Assembly: GCA_035527095.1 (NCBI GenBank)
Contig: DATLBC010000140.1
Span: forward strand, 6,820-70,819
Length of the DNA: 64,000 bases
Reading direction: 5' to 3'
DNA from: Ilumatobacteraceae bacterium
Lineage (GTDB): Bacteria > Actinomycetota > Acidimicrobiia > Acidimicrobiales > Ilumatobacteraceae
Part shown: positions 44,301 to 53,516 of the stretch, piece after piece
Position numbering within the stretch: the first letter of the stretch is position 1
How the letters are laid out: every line of letters begins with the position of its first letter
Notes under the pieces: model-generated
Database searches by the model: none
What the model saw: only the letters and a program-made list of their open reading frames with translations
Told to the model about the DNA's origin: nothing
Program-made: the position numbers and the translations under genes

Positions 44301-44626
44301 CCCGAACCCGCCGTCACCCCGACGATGGACGCGTTGTCGAGGCCGAGGAGTCGAACCCTGATTCGCGCCTGGCTGGTTGCGACCTCACCGAGTGTCGTGC
44401 CGCCGTAGTAGTGATCGAGGATCCACTGCCACGACTTGTTCTGGTCGACTGCCCAGCCGTAGGCGCCCCACTGGCTCATCCCGCGCCCGTGACCGAGTCC
44501 GGTGCCCTCGATCACGACGGCGACAACGTCGCTGGGCGCAGCGGACGCGGTCCTGGATCCACCTGGAACGACCGGAAGAAGCGTCGCTCCGAGCACGGCG
44601 GCGACGACGAGGGCAACTCGACGCAT
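41363..44626 (-). CDS. secreted multidomain cell-wall enzyme: SpoIID/LytB-type domain, peptidoglycan-binding domain, SGNH hydrolase domain and three C-terminal repeats of about 134 aa
   Basis: The signal peptide is MRRVALVVAAVLGATLLPVV…ASA. Domain motifs are GTGLGHGRGMSQWGAYGWA…ILDHYYGG (SpoIID signature), VRQIQEFLN…VDGAFGNLTEARLRDWQ…GLPVTGV (PG_binding_1-like), YLRGVVPKEISASW…AVRAQAVAARSY…CDSQSCQVYFG (SpoIID core), and VALIGDSVGNS…SDGVHLT (SGNH GDS and DxxH). The repeats each contain TVWPCG…LN(Y/F)S.G…C.Y…D(V/I).GWF. An alternative start is ATG 44665. Confidence 0.85.
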   Translation of the reverse strand: MRRVALVVAAVLGATLLPVVPGGSRTASAAPSDVVAVVIEGTGLGHGRGMSQWGAYGWAVDQNKSWQWILDHYYGGTTLGEVATSQARIRVRLLGLDNASIVGVTAGSGTVSAAGLSRVSMYAREISANRFQIYGSNSSACPSASSLVVPNGPIAKGSGDNAGVRQIQEFLNTFRIAGDSALSVDGAFGNLTEARLRDWQGDQGLPVTGVWQSADATRARQLIAGGSSAASWSLLTTVTGPVTFTTATGENSAAAPSSVLGLCSSNGVVTHYRGRVEVRSESDGNRVVNDVKTEDYLRGVVPKEISASWADAGSGRGVNAVRAQAVAARSYGIQQRRYSYASICDSQSCQVYFGSARRSTATAAPVNVEDPRTDAAIAATAGMVRKFPNGNVASTEFSASNGPRTAGGVFTAVDDAPGDATANNPNHRWTRILDADTLAARYGLGSITSASMVQAASTTYQQFDGIWFNDIVLTGSNGRTFRQQAWDFRGANALPSPGFTVRVITRDTVSSSVALIGDSVGNSIAGSTTSEFRILSDGTFPSLRVDVLDSRFITKTPPSPSGVQAAASVPVNTALAVVELGYNPSANIAADIDAMMSALTARGVRQVAWVNLADIRKSAGASVYGPTNAALSAARSRWPNLTVLDWNTASSGPERVRWFSDGVHLTTTGQAQFALWLRQSLVTMSPSIGGRLAPPRRIEIPVVGRTVTAADGAVSTVPANVTAVSLNVAAIDPVSGGFVTVWPCAAPRPLTSNLNYSRGAVDGNGVIAPVDANGKTCVYSHAATDVVIDIGGWFGPADASGSGFTAITPKRLIDSREGLGVPLGRIRPETPVTLQVIGAGAQRIDGSATVIPANAVAAAINVTAVDPVSAGYVTVWPCGVDRPVVSTLNFSAGAVRANGAIAPLGAGGTLCFYTHARTDLVVDVVGWFTAGATPASSAFVSAVPQRWVDTREGLGSRTFIRPSQPLQVQVTGREMVVAGQTVTIPADAESVSVNVTAVNPPGAGFATVWPCGTPRPLTANLNYSRGRVTANNVIATIGAGGSVCIYTHSDTHFLLDVNGWFNRTDTYAAMVPDRVVDTRYGVGPAPA

Positions 44627-44836
44627 GTAACGCAACCGTAACGTGCGCGCGGAACGTGAGAGCATCACCACGCAACGTTCTTCGGCACGACCACTGCTGG
44701 GCTTGACGGCATCTTGCCGAACGATGCTCCGATCCACGGCCTCCCACGGCGTCGCGTACTACGTTGCCAGCATGTGCACGGTGGACCTCGGTGAATTCGA
44801 GCTGCCCATGCGACCCTCCGCCGCCGAACAGAGCGC

Positions 44837-46255
44837 ATGCTGTTTTCCTCGCCGGTCTTCCTGACCGTCTTCCTCCCGATCGTTCTGGGGCTCTACTTCG
44901 TCGCCCCGACGCGGCTCCGCAACGCCGTGTTGCTCGTCGCAAGTTTGGTGTTCTACGCCTGGGGTTCCGGCGTGTACGTGCTGGTACTCATGGGCTCAGG
45001 GCTCGTCGCGTGGTTGTTCGGAGCCCGAGTTCACCAGCGCCGCAGCGCTGGCGCCTCCACGACATCGACGATCGCTGCAGCGACGATCGTGCTGTTGGCG
45101 CCGCTGATCTGGTTCAAGTACGCGAGCTGGTTCAGCGTCAACATCGACGCAATCGTCGGCATCGTCGGCATCTCCTTTCCGGAGCTGTCGACACGCAACC
45201 TCCCGATCGGGATCTCGTTCTTCACGTTCCAGGCCATGTCATATGTCTTCGACGTCAATCGTGCCGTGGCGCTCCGTCAGCGACGTTTCCGCGATTTCCT
45301 GCTCTACCTCGCCCTGTTCCCGCAACTGATCGCCGGGCCGATCGTTCGATACCAAACCGTTGCCGACCAACTCACCCATCGCATCAGCGACTCCGAACGC
45401 GTCACACTCGGACTGCAGCGTTTCGTGTTCGGTCTGGCGAAGAAGGTGATCGTCGCCGACTCGGTCGGGTCCGTCGCCACTGCCGCGTTTGCGTCGCCGA
45501 ACCCTTCGACGCTGACGGCATGGATCGGTGCAGTGGCATTTGCGCTCCAGATCTACTTCGATTTCAGCGGGTACTCCGACATGGCCATCGGACTGGGGAA
45601 GGTCTTCGGTTTCGACTTCCCAGAGAACTTCCGACGCCCATACTCCGCGCTGTCGATCACCGACTTCTGGCGCCGGTGGCACATCACCCTGAGCGAGTGG
45701 TTCAGGGACTACGTCTACATCCCGTTGGGCGGAAACCGCGTGTCCACGGGTCGCCAGTACGTCAACCTCATCACGGTCTTCTTCCTGACCGCACTGTGGC
45801 ACGGCGCAGCCTGGACGTTCATGGTGTGGGGCGGTCTCCATGCTGCAGCGTTGATCGTCGAGCGCGTCACCGGTCGCAATCACGTCGAGCAATGCGCTCA
45901 CCCGGTCATCGCTCGCACACGAACAGCGTTCCTCGTCGTGGTGTTCTGGGTGTTCTTCCGCGCCGAGGACCTCGGCATCGCCCAACGGATGCTCACGTCC
46001 ATGTTCACCTGGCAGGGGATCGCGCTCGAGCCGGCATTCGTTGCCACGCTCACCTCGAGAAGCGTTCCCGCGCTGATCGGCGGCTCCGCAGTGTTCCTGC
46101 TGCCGCGCGAGCCACGCACGCTGTTCGTCGACTATCAGCAGCCGTCGACGATGCGGGCGATTGGACGTCCGGTCGCGCTGGCCTGCGGTCTGATCGTGTC
46201 GTTCAGCCTCATCAGCACGGGCTCTCTCAGCCCATTCCTCTACTTCCAGTTCTGA
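44837..46255 (+). CDS. MBOAT-family membrane O-acyltransferase (AlgI/DltB/PatA-like)
   Basis: MLFSSPVFLTVFLPIVLGLYF…ISFFTFQAMSYVFDV…DFWRRWHITLSEWFRDYVYIPLGGNR…FFLTALWHGAAW…, which includes the conserved His. Confidence 0.92.
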   Translation: MLFSSPVFLTVFLPIVLGLYFVAPTRLRNAVLLVASLVFYAWGSGVYVLVLMGSGLVAWLFGARVHQRRSAGASTTSTIAAATIVLLAPLIWFKYASWFSVNIDAIVGIVGISFPELSTRNLPIGISFFTFQAMSYVFDVNRAVALRQRRFRDFLLYLALFPQLIAGPIVRYQTVADQLTHRISDSERVTLGLQRFVFGLAKKVIVADSVGSVATAAFASPNPSTLTAWIGAVAFALQIYFDFSGYSDMAIGLGKVFGFDFPENFRRPYSALSITDFWRRWHITLSEWFRDYVYIPLGGNRVSTGRQYVNLITVFFLTALWHGAAWTFMVWGGLHAAALIVERVTGRNHVEQCAHPVIARTRTAFLVVVFWVFFRAEDLGIAQRMLTSMFTWQGIALEPAFVATLTSRSVPALIGGSAVFLLPREPRTLFVDYQQPSTMRAIGRPVALACGLIVSFSLISTGSLSPFLYFQF

Positions 46256-46263
46256 TCAGGACC

Positions 46264-47409
46264 ATGCGACATCGACTCGAACACATCCTCACCGTGGGTC
46301 TCTTCGTTGCGTTGATCCTCTCACCGTGGGTCGTGGGAGCGCTCGGAGTGCGAGCTTCGGCAGAACGCGAGAACCGTCCCCTCGCCGAGTCGCCTGGCTG
46401 GTCGGTCGGCGATGCGCTCGACAGTGGTCGGTTCGCCGACTTCGAAGCGTTCGTCACCGACCACCTCCCTCTGCGCCAGGAGTCGGCGGCCGCGATCAAC
46501 TGGGCGCTCTACGCCGCGACTGGTGAATCTCCGGTCGAGAACGCCTTCGTCGACGCATCCGGTGTCTGGAGCCTGTCGGAGGACTTCCTCGATGCGTGTG
46601 TCGGAGAGTTCCGCGCGACCGCACTCGCCGACAGCGTTGCCGGATGGGAAGCGGCGTCGGATGGGACGACCGACATCGTGATCATGGTGGCCCCTGACAA
46701 GAGCTCGGTACTCAACGCCGAGTTCGGCGTACGGAATCGGATCGCCGACAGCTGTCAGGCGCAGCGAGAGCAGCAGTTGCGAGACGCCTTCGCAGTCGGC
46801 GACGATCTCGTCGACCTGTGGTCGCCGCTGCGCGGACGCGCAGCGGCAGGCGAGGACGGCCTCTACTTCGTGAACGATTCGCATTGGACGTCAAGAGGAT
46901 CGATCACGATGGCCGCTGCGCTCGTCGAGCGGTTCAGTCCCGACCTGTTCGACTCGACCCAGGTCATGCCAGCCGCCCCAGCCGCGGTCACGGTCACCGG
47001 AGACGTCACCAGACGGCTCGGCTGGGAGCGCGACGAGACCATCGACCGCCTGGCCTCGTTTCGTCCTGGAGTCTCGACCGACCAAGAGGTCGTGCCGTCG
47101 CTGACCGATCAGGGCGTTCGCATCTACACGTCGGCTGCCGGTCGGCCGGAACAGCTCATCTCCGGGACGACCGTGATCGTGAACGATTCGATGGGCAACT
47201 ACGCCGAAGGGATGCTGGCGCCCTACTTCGAGCGCGTGGTGTTCGTGAACTGGAACGACCTTGCCGGCGGCGAATTCCTCCCGTTCGTCCCGTCCGCTGA
47301 TCGCATCGTCTTCGAAACTGTCCAGCGGGCGATGTATCCGAGGGCGATCGATCCGCTCCTCGACCCAGCGTTCGACCAGGAGCTACGGTCCGCGCTGGCG
47401 CCCGATTGA
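46264..47409 (+). CDS. AlgX/AlgJ-like (DHHW/SGNH-related) O-acyltransferase partner protein
   Basis: An N-terminal TM anchor is followed by …IVIMVAPDKSSV… and …YFVNDSHWTSRG… (D-x-H-W motif). The gene lies 8 nt downstream of the MBOAT gene. Confidence 0.72.
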   Translation: MRHRLEHILTVGLFVALILSPWVVGALGVRASAERENRPLAESPGWSVGDALDSGRFADFEAFVTDHLPLRQESAAAINWALYAATGESPVENAFVDASGVWSLSEDFLDACVGEFRATALADSVAGWEAASDGTTDIVIMVAPDKSSVLNAEFGVRNRIADSCQAQREQQLRDAFAVGDDLVDLWSPLRGRAAAGEDGLYFVNDSHWTSRGSITMAAALVERFSPDLFDSTQVMPAAPAAVTVTGDVTRRLGWERDETIDRLASFRPGVSTDQEVVPSLTDQGVRIYTSAAGRPEQLISGTTVIVNDSMGNYAEGMLAPYFERVVFVNWNDLAGGEFLPFVPSADRIVFETVQRAMYPRAIDPLLDPAFDQELRSALAPD

Positions 47410-47427
47410 CGGCGACCCAGTGAGCGA

Positions 47428-47886
47428 TCAGGGCCGGGCGTTCGGCACCGCGGCGACGGCCAGTCGGTCGACGAGGTCGTTCATCGGATCGCCGCTGTGG
47501 CCCTTGACCCAGCGGAAGCTGACGTGGCCGGCGTTCACCAGCTCGATGAGCGGCTGCCAGAGGTCGACGTTCGCGACCGGCTTCTTCTGGGAGTTCGTCC
47601 ACCCGTTGCGCTGCCACTTGACCCACCACTGGTCTCGGAAGCAGTTGACGACGTAGGTCGAGTCGGACACGATCTCGATCGGCATCGGTGCGCCGTGGTC
47701 GTCGGCGAGCGCGGCATGCGCTCGAAGCGCATCGAGGACGGCATGGATCTCCATACGCTGGTTCGTGGTGTGTGCCTCGCCACCCGCGCCGTGCGGCTCA
47801 CCCGTCGGCGCGACCGCCCAGGCCCAGCCACCGGGCCCCGGATTTCCACTGCAGGCGCCATCGGTGTAGATCACGAGTCCAGACAT
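47428..47886 (-). CDS. rnhA: ribonuclease HI
   Basis: The ATG at 47886 gives MSGLVIYTDGACSGNPGPGGWA…TTNQRMEIHAVLDAL…SDSTYVVN…W.KNGW…W.WVKGHSGDPMNDLVD…, with the DEDD catalytic pattern. Confidence 0.9.
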   Translation of the reverse strand: MSGLVIYTDGACSGNPGPGGWAWAVAPTGEPHGAGGEAHTTNQRMEIHAVLDALRAHAALADDHGAPMPIEIVSDSTYVVNCFRDQWWVKWQRNGWTNSQKKPVANVDLWQPLIELVNAGHVSFRWVKGHSGDPMNDLVDRLAVAAVPNARP

Positions 47887-47945
47887 CGGCTCGAACCTAT
47901 CGGTCGCCGATTGGTCGCCGATGCCCGCCGGTAACGTCGTCATCG

Positions 47946-48671
47946 ATGTCTCGAACATGGCGCGACACGCTCGGAACCCTCATCGCAGCGCTCTCCGTCG
48001 GCGCCATCGCCACGTCGAGTGGACCGGTCGAGGGTCGGCCCGGCCAGCCGGACGTGGTCATCGTCGGCGACTCGTTGACCGGAGGCAATGCCTCCTACAT
48101 CGCACCGAGGCTCCGCAGCGCCGGGCTCGACGCGCAGGTCGAGGGACTCAGCGCCCGCCGCATCGCCGTCTCGTTCGAGTTCCTGGGATATCGCGATTCG
48201 GGAATCGAACGGATCCGCAGGTTGCGCGCCGCCGGGGTCGATCCGGACTTGTGGGTGATACAGCTCGGCACCAACGACCTCGGCGCGGTGAAGAACTGCA
48301 GATGCGTCGACCGGGTGGCCTTCGCCGTCGAGCTGATCGACCGCTTGCTCGCCGAACTCCCACCCAACCGGCCGGTTGCGTGGGTCACGCTGATGAACCG
48401 CGCCGACTACGACGTGACGAACATCTTCAACGAAGCGCTGCGACGCCGCGCCGTGATCAACCCGTACATGCGTCTCATCGACTGGGCCAAGATCTCGCTG
48501 CAGCGGCCGGACTGGTTCATCGACGCGGTCCACCCGAACAACGTTGGCATGATCAGATTCACACAGATGTACATCGACGACATCCGAACGCTGCTCGCCG
48601 ACCCGCCGGGGCCGACGCCGCCGCGACCAGGCGTGCAGCCAGCTCTCCGGCTCGGGACGCCACTGAAGTAG
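47946..48671 (+). CDS. secreted SGNH/GDSL-family hydrolase
   Basis: After a signal-like N-terminus: VVIVGDSLTGGN (block I), …IQLGTNDL… (block III) and …DAVHPNNVG… (block V, DxxH). Confidence 0.8.
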   Translation: MSRTWRDTLGTLIAALSVGAIATSSGPVEGRPGQPDVVIVGDSLTGGNASYIAPRLRSAGLDAQVEGLSARRIAVSFEFLGYRDSGIERIRRLRAAGVDPDLWVIQLGTNDLGAVKNCRCVDRVAFAVELIDRLLAELPPNRPVAWVTLMNRADYDVTNIFNEALRRRAVINPYMRLIDWAKISLQRPDWFIDAVHPNNVGMIRFTQMYIDDIRTLLADPPGPTPPRPGVQPALRLGTPLK

Positions 48672-48742
48672 GTCACGGGGTCGGCCAACTGATTCGACCG
48701 ATCCGGTGCGTACCGATCGGTAACACTGCGAGACTGCCCGAC

Positions 48743-51466
48743 ATGATCTTCGACGGCCATGTGCATCAGCTGCCCGACATCGATCCGACCGAGACGAAGG
48801 AATGGTTGGACAGCCTCGATGCCGTCGTCGACACGCACGGAAAGACCCGGGCCCGCTACTTGCTCAGCCGCCTGATGGAACGCGCCACCGAGAGTCAGGT
48901 CTCGTTCCCGGCCACGGTGTCGACGCCGTACGTGAACACGATCCCGCGCGAGCAGGAGCCGTGGTTCCCCGGCGACGAACACATCGAACGGCGCATCCGT
49001 GCGTTCATCCGCTGGAACGCGGCGATGATGGTGGTTCGGGCGAACAAGACCGCTGACGGCATCGGGGGCCACCTGTCGACATTTGCCAGTTCAGCGTCGC
49101 TGTACGAGATCGGCTTCAACCACTTCTTTCGCGGCAAGGACGACGGTCGCCCGGGTGACCACGTCTACTACCAGGGCCACGCTGCCCCCGGCGTGTATGC
49201 CCGAGCATTCCTCGAAGGTCGTCTGACCGAGGACGACCTCGACCACTTCCGCCGCGAGATCGGGCGAGGTGGGCGAGGGCTCTCCTCGTACCCGCACCCG
49301 CGGCTGATGCCCGATTTCTGGGAGTACCCAACGGTGTCGATGGGCCTCGGGCCCATTTCGGCGTTGTACCAGGCGCGATTCAACCGCTACCTCCAGAACC
49401 GGCACATCGACGACACATCCGACAGCCGTGTCTGGTGCTTTCTGGGCGACGGCGAGACCGACGAACCCGAGACCCTCGGCGCGATCTCGCTGGCCTCGCG
49501 CGAACAACTCGACAACCTCGTATTCGTCGTCAACTGCAACCTGCAGCGCCTCGACGGCCCAGTGCGCGGCAACGGCAAGGTGATCCAGGAGCTCGAAGCG
49601 ACGTTCCGAGGCGCCGGCTGGAACGTGATCAAGGTCATCTGGGGTTCGAAGTGGGACGACCTGCTCGCCCAGGACAAGGACGGCGTGCTGCTCAACAAGA
49701 TGAACGTGACCGTCGACGGCGAGTTCCAACGCTACGCCGTCGAGAACGGCGAGTTCATCCGTGACAGCTTCTTCGGGCCCGACGAACGCCTCCGCAAGAT
49801 GGTGGCCGACCTCAGTGACGACGAGCTGCGGAGTCTTCCGCGCGGCGGCCACGACTACCGCAAGCTGTATGCCGCCTACAAGGCGGCCACCGAAAACCTG
49901 GGTTCGGGTCGCCCGACAGTGATCCTGGCCAAGACGGTCAAGGGCTGGACGCTCGGCCCCGGCTTCGAGGGCCGCAACGCCACACACCAGATCAAGAAGA
50001 TGACCAAGGATCAGATCCTTGCGATGCGCGACCGACTGCATCTCGAAGACGTGATCAGCGACGAGGGCCTCGACGCCGAGCATCCTCCCTACGTCAAGCT
50101 CGGCAAGGACTCGATCGAATACCAGTACATGATGGAGCGCCGCAAGGCCCTCGATGGGTCGATCCCGAAGCGCACCACCGTCGCCCGACGTCCACTGGAG
50201 TTGCCCGCCGACGGCCCGTTTGCCGAGATGCGCGCCGGCTCCAATGGTCAGGAGGTCTCGACCACGATGGCGTTCACGCGCCTGCTGCGCGGCCTCGCCC
50301 GCGACGAACACATCGGCCCGCGGGTCGTGCCGATCATTCCCGACGAGGCCCGCACATTCGGGATGGACGCGCTGTTCCGCGAGCTGAACATCTACGCCTC
50401 GCAGGGCCAGAAGTACGAGCCGGTCGACCACGACCTGCTGCTGTCGTATTCCGAGTCGACCAAGGGCCAGATTCTCGAAGAAGGCATCACCGAAGCCGGC
50501 TCGATGGCGAGCTTCATCGCCGCCGGCACGTCGTATTCCACGCGTGGCGTGCCGATGGTGCCGTTCTACACCTTCTATTCCATGTTCGGGTTCCAGCGGA
50601 TCGGCGATCTGATCTGGCAAGCAGCCGACATGCGTACGCGAGGCTTCTTGATGGCTGCGACCGCTGGTCGCACGACGTTGCTCGGCGAAGGCTTGCAGCA
50701 TCAGGACGGCCACAGCTTGGTGCTGGCGTCGACCGTGCCGTTCGTCCAGGCCTACGACCCGGCTTTCGCCTACGAGGTCGGCGCGATCGTGCAGGCGGGC
50801 ATGAACCGCATGTTCGGTGGCGGCCCGCCCGAGGTGAGCGACGTCTTCTACTACATCACCCTCTACAACGAGAACTACGAGATGCCGCCGCTGCCCGACA
50901 CACCCGGGCTGGCCGAGGCCATCGTCGAAGGGCTCTACAAGTGGGCCGACGCGCCGGCGGACGCGTCGATTCCGGCGACCGTGCTGTTCTCCGGATCGGC
51001 CCACACGGCCGCCCGCGAAGCAGCGGTGGAACTCGCTGAGCACTATGACGTCGGCGTCGAGTTGTGGTCGGCGACGTCATACAAGTCGCTGCGCGAGGAG
51101 GCACTGGCGACGGAACGTTGGAACCGGCTGCATCCGTCGCAGGAGCCGCAGGTGCCGCGGGTCGAGCAGATCCTCGGTGAGTCGCGGGGTCCGATCGTGG
51201 CCGTCTCCGACTTCATGAAGATCGTGCCCGAACAGATCCAGCGCTTCGTCCCCGACCGCACCTTCGTCCCCCTCGGCACCGACGGCATGGGCCGCTCCGA
51301 CACACGCGAGGCGTTGCGCCGCCACTTCGAGGTCGACACCGGCCACGTCGTGCTCGCCGTGCTCGACGGCCTGTTCGCCGACGGCAAGGTCGACGAGTCC
51401 GTGGTTGCGGACGCCATCGCCCGCTACGACATCGACCCCGACGCCGCCGACCCCTACTGGGCCTGA
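48743..51466 (+). CDS. aceE: pyruvate dehydrogenase E1 component, homodimeric type
   Basis: The ATG at 48743 gives …DPTETKEWLDSLDAVV…GGHLSTFASSASLYEIGFNHFFRG…GDGETDEPE…NCNLQRLDGPVRGNGK…. It is about 907 aa with typical AceE motifs. Confidence 0.95.
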   Translation: MIFDGHVHQLPDIDPTETKEWLDSLDAVVDTHGKTRARYLLSRLMERATESQVSFPATVSTPYVNTIPREQEPWFPGDEHIERRIRAFIRWNAAMMVVRANKTADGIGGHLSTFASSASLYEIGFNHFFRGKDDGRPGDHVYYQGHAAPGVYARAFLEGRLTEDDLDHFRREIGRGGRGLSSYPHPRLMPDFWEYPTVSMGLGPISALYQARFNRYLQNRHIDDTSDSRVWCFLGDGETDEPETLGAISLASREQLDNLVFVVNCNLQRLDGPVRGNGKVIQELEATFRGAGWNVIKVIWGSKWDDLLAQDKDGVLLNKMNVTVDGEFQRYAVENGEFIRDSFFGPDERLRKMVADLSDDELRSLPRGGHDYRKLYAAYKAATENLGSGRPTVILAKTVKGWTLGPGFEGRNATHQIKKMTKDQILAMRDRLHLEDVISDEGLDAEHPPYVKLGKDSIEYQYMMERRKALDGSIPKRTTVARRPLELPADGPFAEMRAGSNGQEVSTTMAFTRLLRGLARDEHIGPRVVPIIPDEARTFGMDALFRELNIYASQGQKYEPVDHDLLLSYSESTKGQILEEGITEAGSMASFIAAGTSYSTRGVPMVPFYTFYSMFGFQRIGDLIWQAADMRTRGFLMAATAGRTTLLGEGLQHQDGHSLVLASTVPFVQAYDPAFAYEVGAIVQAGMNRMFGGGPPEVSDVFYYITLYNENYEMPPLPDTPGLAEAIVEGLYKWADAPADASIPATVLFSGSAHTAAREAAVELAEHYDVGVELWSATSYKSLREEALATERWNRLHPSQEPQVPRVEQILGESRGPIVAVSDFMKIVPEQIQRFVPDRTFVPLGTDGMGRSDTREALRRHFEVDTGHVVLAVLDGLFADGKVDESVVADAIARYDIDPDAADPYWA

Positions 51467-52806
51467 GGAGTTGCTGCGCCGCCGACAGTATGTGGCGCCT
51501 CACCGGAGTCTCCGAACACCTGATGGATCGACGGGTCGCCGACCCCGTCGTCCGAGCTTCTGATGCGTGCGGTCAGTGCCATCAGGAGGATCCCGAACGC
51601 GACGGCGAACGAGCGGTAGGTGAACCAGAAGTGGACGGACGTGTGATTGCGCAGCACGATGTGCCAGACGACGGGGATCGTCGCCGCTGCGGCGAGCACG
51701 AGCCGCGGCGCCCATGACGATCGCAGGTCTCCGCGCCGCATCGCCACCCCAATCGCCACTGCGGCCAGGCCGACCAGCGCGAACGTGGTCAGCGGCTGGT
51801 CGCGCCAGACACCCCAGGCGGCGCTCACGCCTGAGAACACCGACGAGTCCGCACCGTCGACCTCGCCGCTCAGCCGCTCTTCGGCCTTCTCGGTGACGAC
51901 GAACCGGACCGTGTCGTATCCGATCACCAACGCTGCGATCACCCACTTCGTGAACCAGAGCCAGGCAAATCCCGCAATCCAGCCGACCGCGGCGGCACCG
52001 GTCCGCCACACAGCACCTCGCAGACTCATCGACCCCACGGCGAGCACGGCAGCGCTGGCCACGACGAGCGCCCAGGCGGCGTCGGGGTTGGTGAGGTCAC
52101 CGAAGAACTGGAACACCGCTCCGCAGCCGAAGGCTGCGGCCGCATAGGTCTCCCGCCGGGCGCCGGGTGAGACGAACCAGAGGAACGCCGCGCTCGCACC
52201 GAGCGCAACGATCATTCCGATGGCCTGAACAAGGGCACCCGGCAGGTCGATCGCGTCGGTCGTCACGGCGAGCGGAGCCAGCGCCAGCAGCGCCGGGCCC
52301 ATCCCGACGCGGCGACCGGCTCGCCAGAGCCACGCCAAGGCCGCGGCAGCGAGCGCCAGTGCTGCGAGCAGCCTGGTACCCGGAAGTCCGACCGCAGCCA
52401 CCGAGGGCCGCAGCGCAACAGTGCTGCCGTTCCAGTAGCGGAAGTAGTCGTATCCGCCCGTGAGCCCTTCACCGTTGGCCCAGCCGAGCACCTTGGGCAC
52501 CGCCGTCTCGCACGGACCCAGAGTGACGCTCCGAACGGCCGATTCGAAGGTGCCGACACCCGGGTCCACCCCGAGCCCGATCGTCAGTCGTTTGCACTCG
52601 CTGTAGCCGTCGACCTGGCCGCCGGCGTAGCCGACGTCATAGGAGTGTTCGTCGAGCTGACCAGCGACGATCGCATCACGAAGCCGATAGGCGACGAAGC
52701 GATCCGGGATCATGTCGGACAGCACGACCAGCGACAGCGCCGCGATCGGGAGCCCCACGATGATCGCCGACCATCGCAACACCGTGGCCCGCGACATGAC
52801 CAGCAT
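51454..52806 (-). CDS. polytopic membrane protein, function unknown
   Basis: 450 aa with about 10 hydrophobic segments after an extracytoplasmic loop. Its 3' end overlaps the aceE 3' end by 13 nt (convergent). Confidence 0.6.
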   Translation of the reverse strand: MLVMSRATVLRWSAIIVGLPIAALSLVVLSDMIPDRFVAYRLRDAIVAGQLDEHSYDVGYAGGQVDGYSECKRLTIGLGVDPGVGTFESAVRSVTLGPCETAVPKVLGWANGEGLTGGYDYFRYWNGSTVALRPSVAAVGLPGTRLLAALALAAAALAWLWRAGRRVGMGPALLALAPLAVTTDAIDLPGALVQAIGMIVALGASAAFLWFVSPGARRETYAAAAFGCGAVFQFFGDLTNPDAAWALVVASAAVLAVGSMSLRGAVWRTGAAAVGWIAGFAWLWFTKWVIAALVIGYDTVRFVVTEKAEERLSGEVDGADSSVFSGVSAAWGVWRDQPLTTFALVGLAAVAIGVAMRRGDLRSSWAPRLVLAAAATIPVVWHIVLRNHTSVHFWFTYRSFAVAFGILLMALTARIRSSDDGVGDPSIHQVFGDSGEAPHTVGGAATPQAQ

Positions 52807-52838
52807 GATCGCACAGGCGACCTCGGTAACGTGTTCCC

Positions 52839-53423
52839 ATGCCTGGCACCCTCTACATCACGGGCGACACCGCTGCCGACAAGCTGCTCAACACCAACGC
52901 CAACGCGCTGCTGATCGGGATGCTGCTCGACCAGCAGATCCCGATGGAGTGGGCGTTCACCGGCCCCGCCACACTCAAGAAGCGACTCGGGCATCTCGAC
53001 CCGAAGATGATCGCCGCGATGGACGTCGAGGAGTTCGTGTCGATCTGCTGCGAGAAGCCCGCCATCCACCGCTTCCCCGGCTCGATGGGCAAGCGCATCC
53101 ACGCCGTGTGCGAGGCGTTGGTCGACGGCTACAAGGGCAACGCCGTCAACATCTGGAAGAACGTCGACGACGCCGACGAGGTGTACCGGCGCCTGCGAGC
53201 ACTCCCCGGCTACGGCGACGAGAAGTCGAAGATCTTCATCGCCATTCTCGGCAAGTCACAGGGCGTCGACCTGAACGGATGGCGCGAAGCTGCCGGGAAG
53301 TTCGGCGACGACGAGCCGCGCTCGGTTGCCGACGTCCACGACGACGCTTCGCTCGGCAAGGTACGCGACTGGAAGAAGGCCCAGAAGGCCGCCAAGAAGG
53401 ACAAGCAAGACCGCCCGACCTGA
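52839..53423 (+). CDS. HhH-GPD-type base-excision-repair-like protein
   Basis: …NALLIGMLLDQQIPMEWAF.GP..L..RLG…L.ALPG.G..K..IF.A.L…, with a Lys-rich tail. It matches the family usually annotated as HhH-GPD-type base excision DNA repair protein. Confidence 0.75.
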   Translation: MPGTLYITGDTAADKLLNTNANALLIGMLLDQQIPMEWAFTGPATLKKRLGHLDPKMIAAMDVEEFVSICCEKPAIHRFPGSMGKRIHAVCEALVDGYKGNAVNIWKNVDDADEVYRRLRALPGYGDEKSKIFIAILGKSQGVDLNGWREAAGKFGDDEPRSVADVHDDASLGKVRDWKKAQKAAKKDKQDRPT

Positions 53424-53429
53424 GTTGCA

Positions 53430-53447
53430 GCGACGGGCCACCGTCGC
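53430..53447 (+). terminator. hairpin after the HhH-GPD gene
   Basis: GCGACGG-GCCA-CCGTCGC sits 7 nt after the stop. There is no T-run. Confidence 0.35.
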
Positions 53448-53516
53448 ATCGCCAGGGAGGTGACCACCGTCATCCGACCCGCCGTCGCAGCCAGTCGATA
53501 ACGTTGTCCCGTTCCC

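Noticed and set aside
44627-44836. Possible c-di-AMP (ydaO-type) riboswitch in the divergent region next to the wall-hydrolase gene. Such riboswitches often precede actinobacterial wall enzymes, and a GGTGAATTC-like string is present.
   Set aside because: The paired conserved ACGGGG/CCGA-type cores and pseudo-twofold architecture could not be found on either strand. Only an isolated short resemblance exists.
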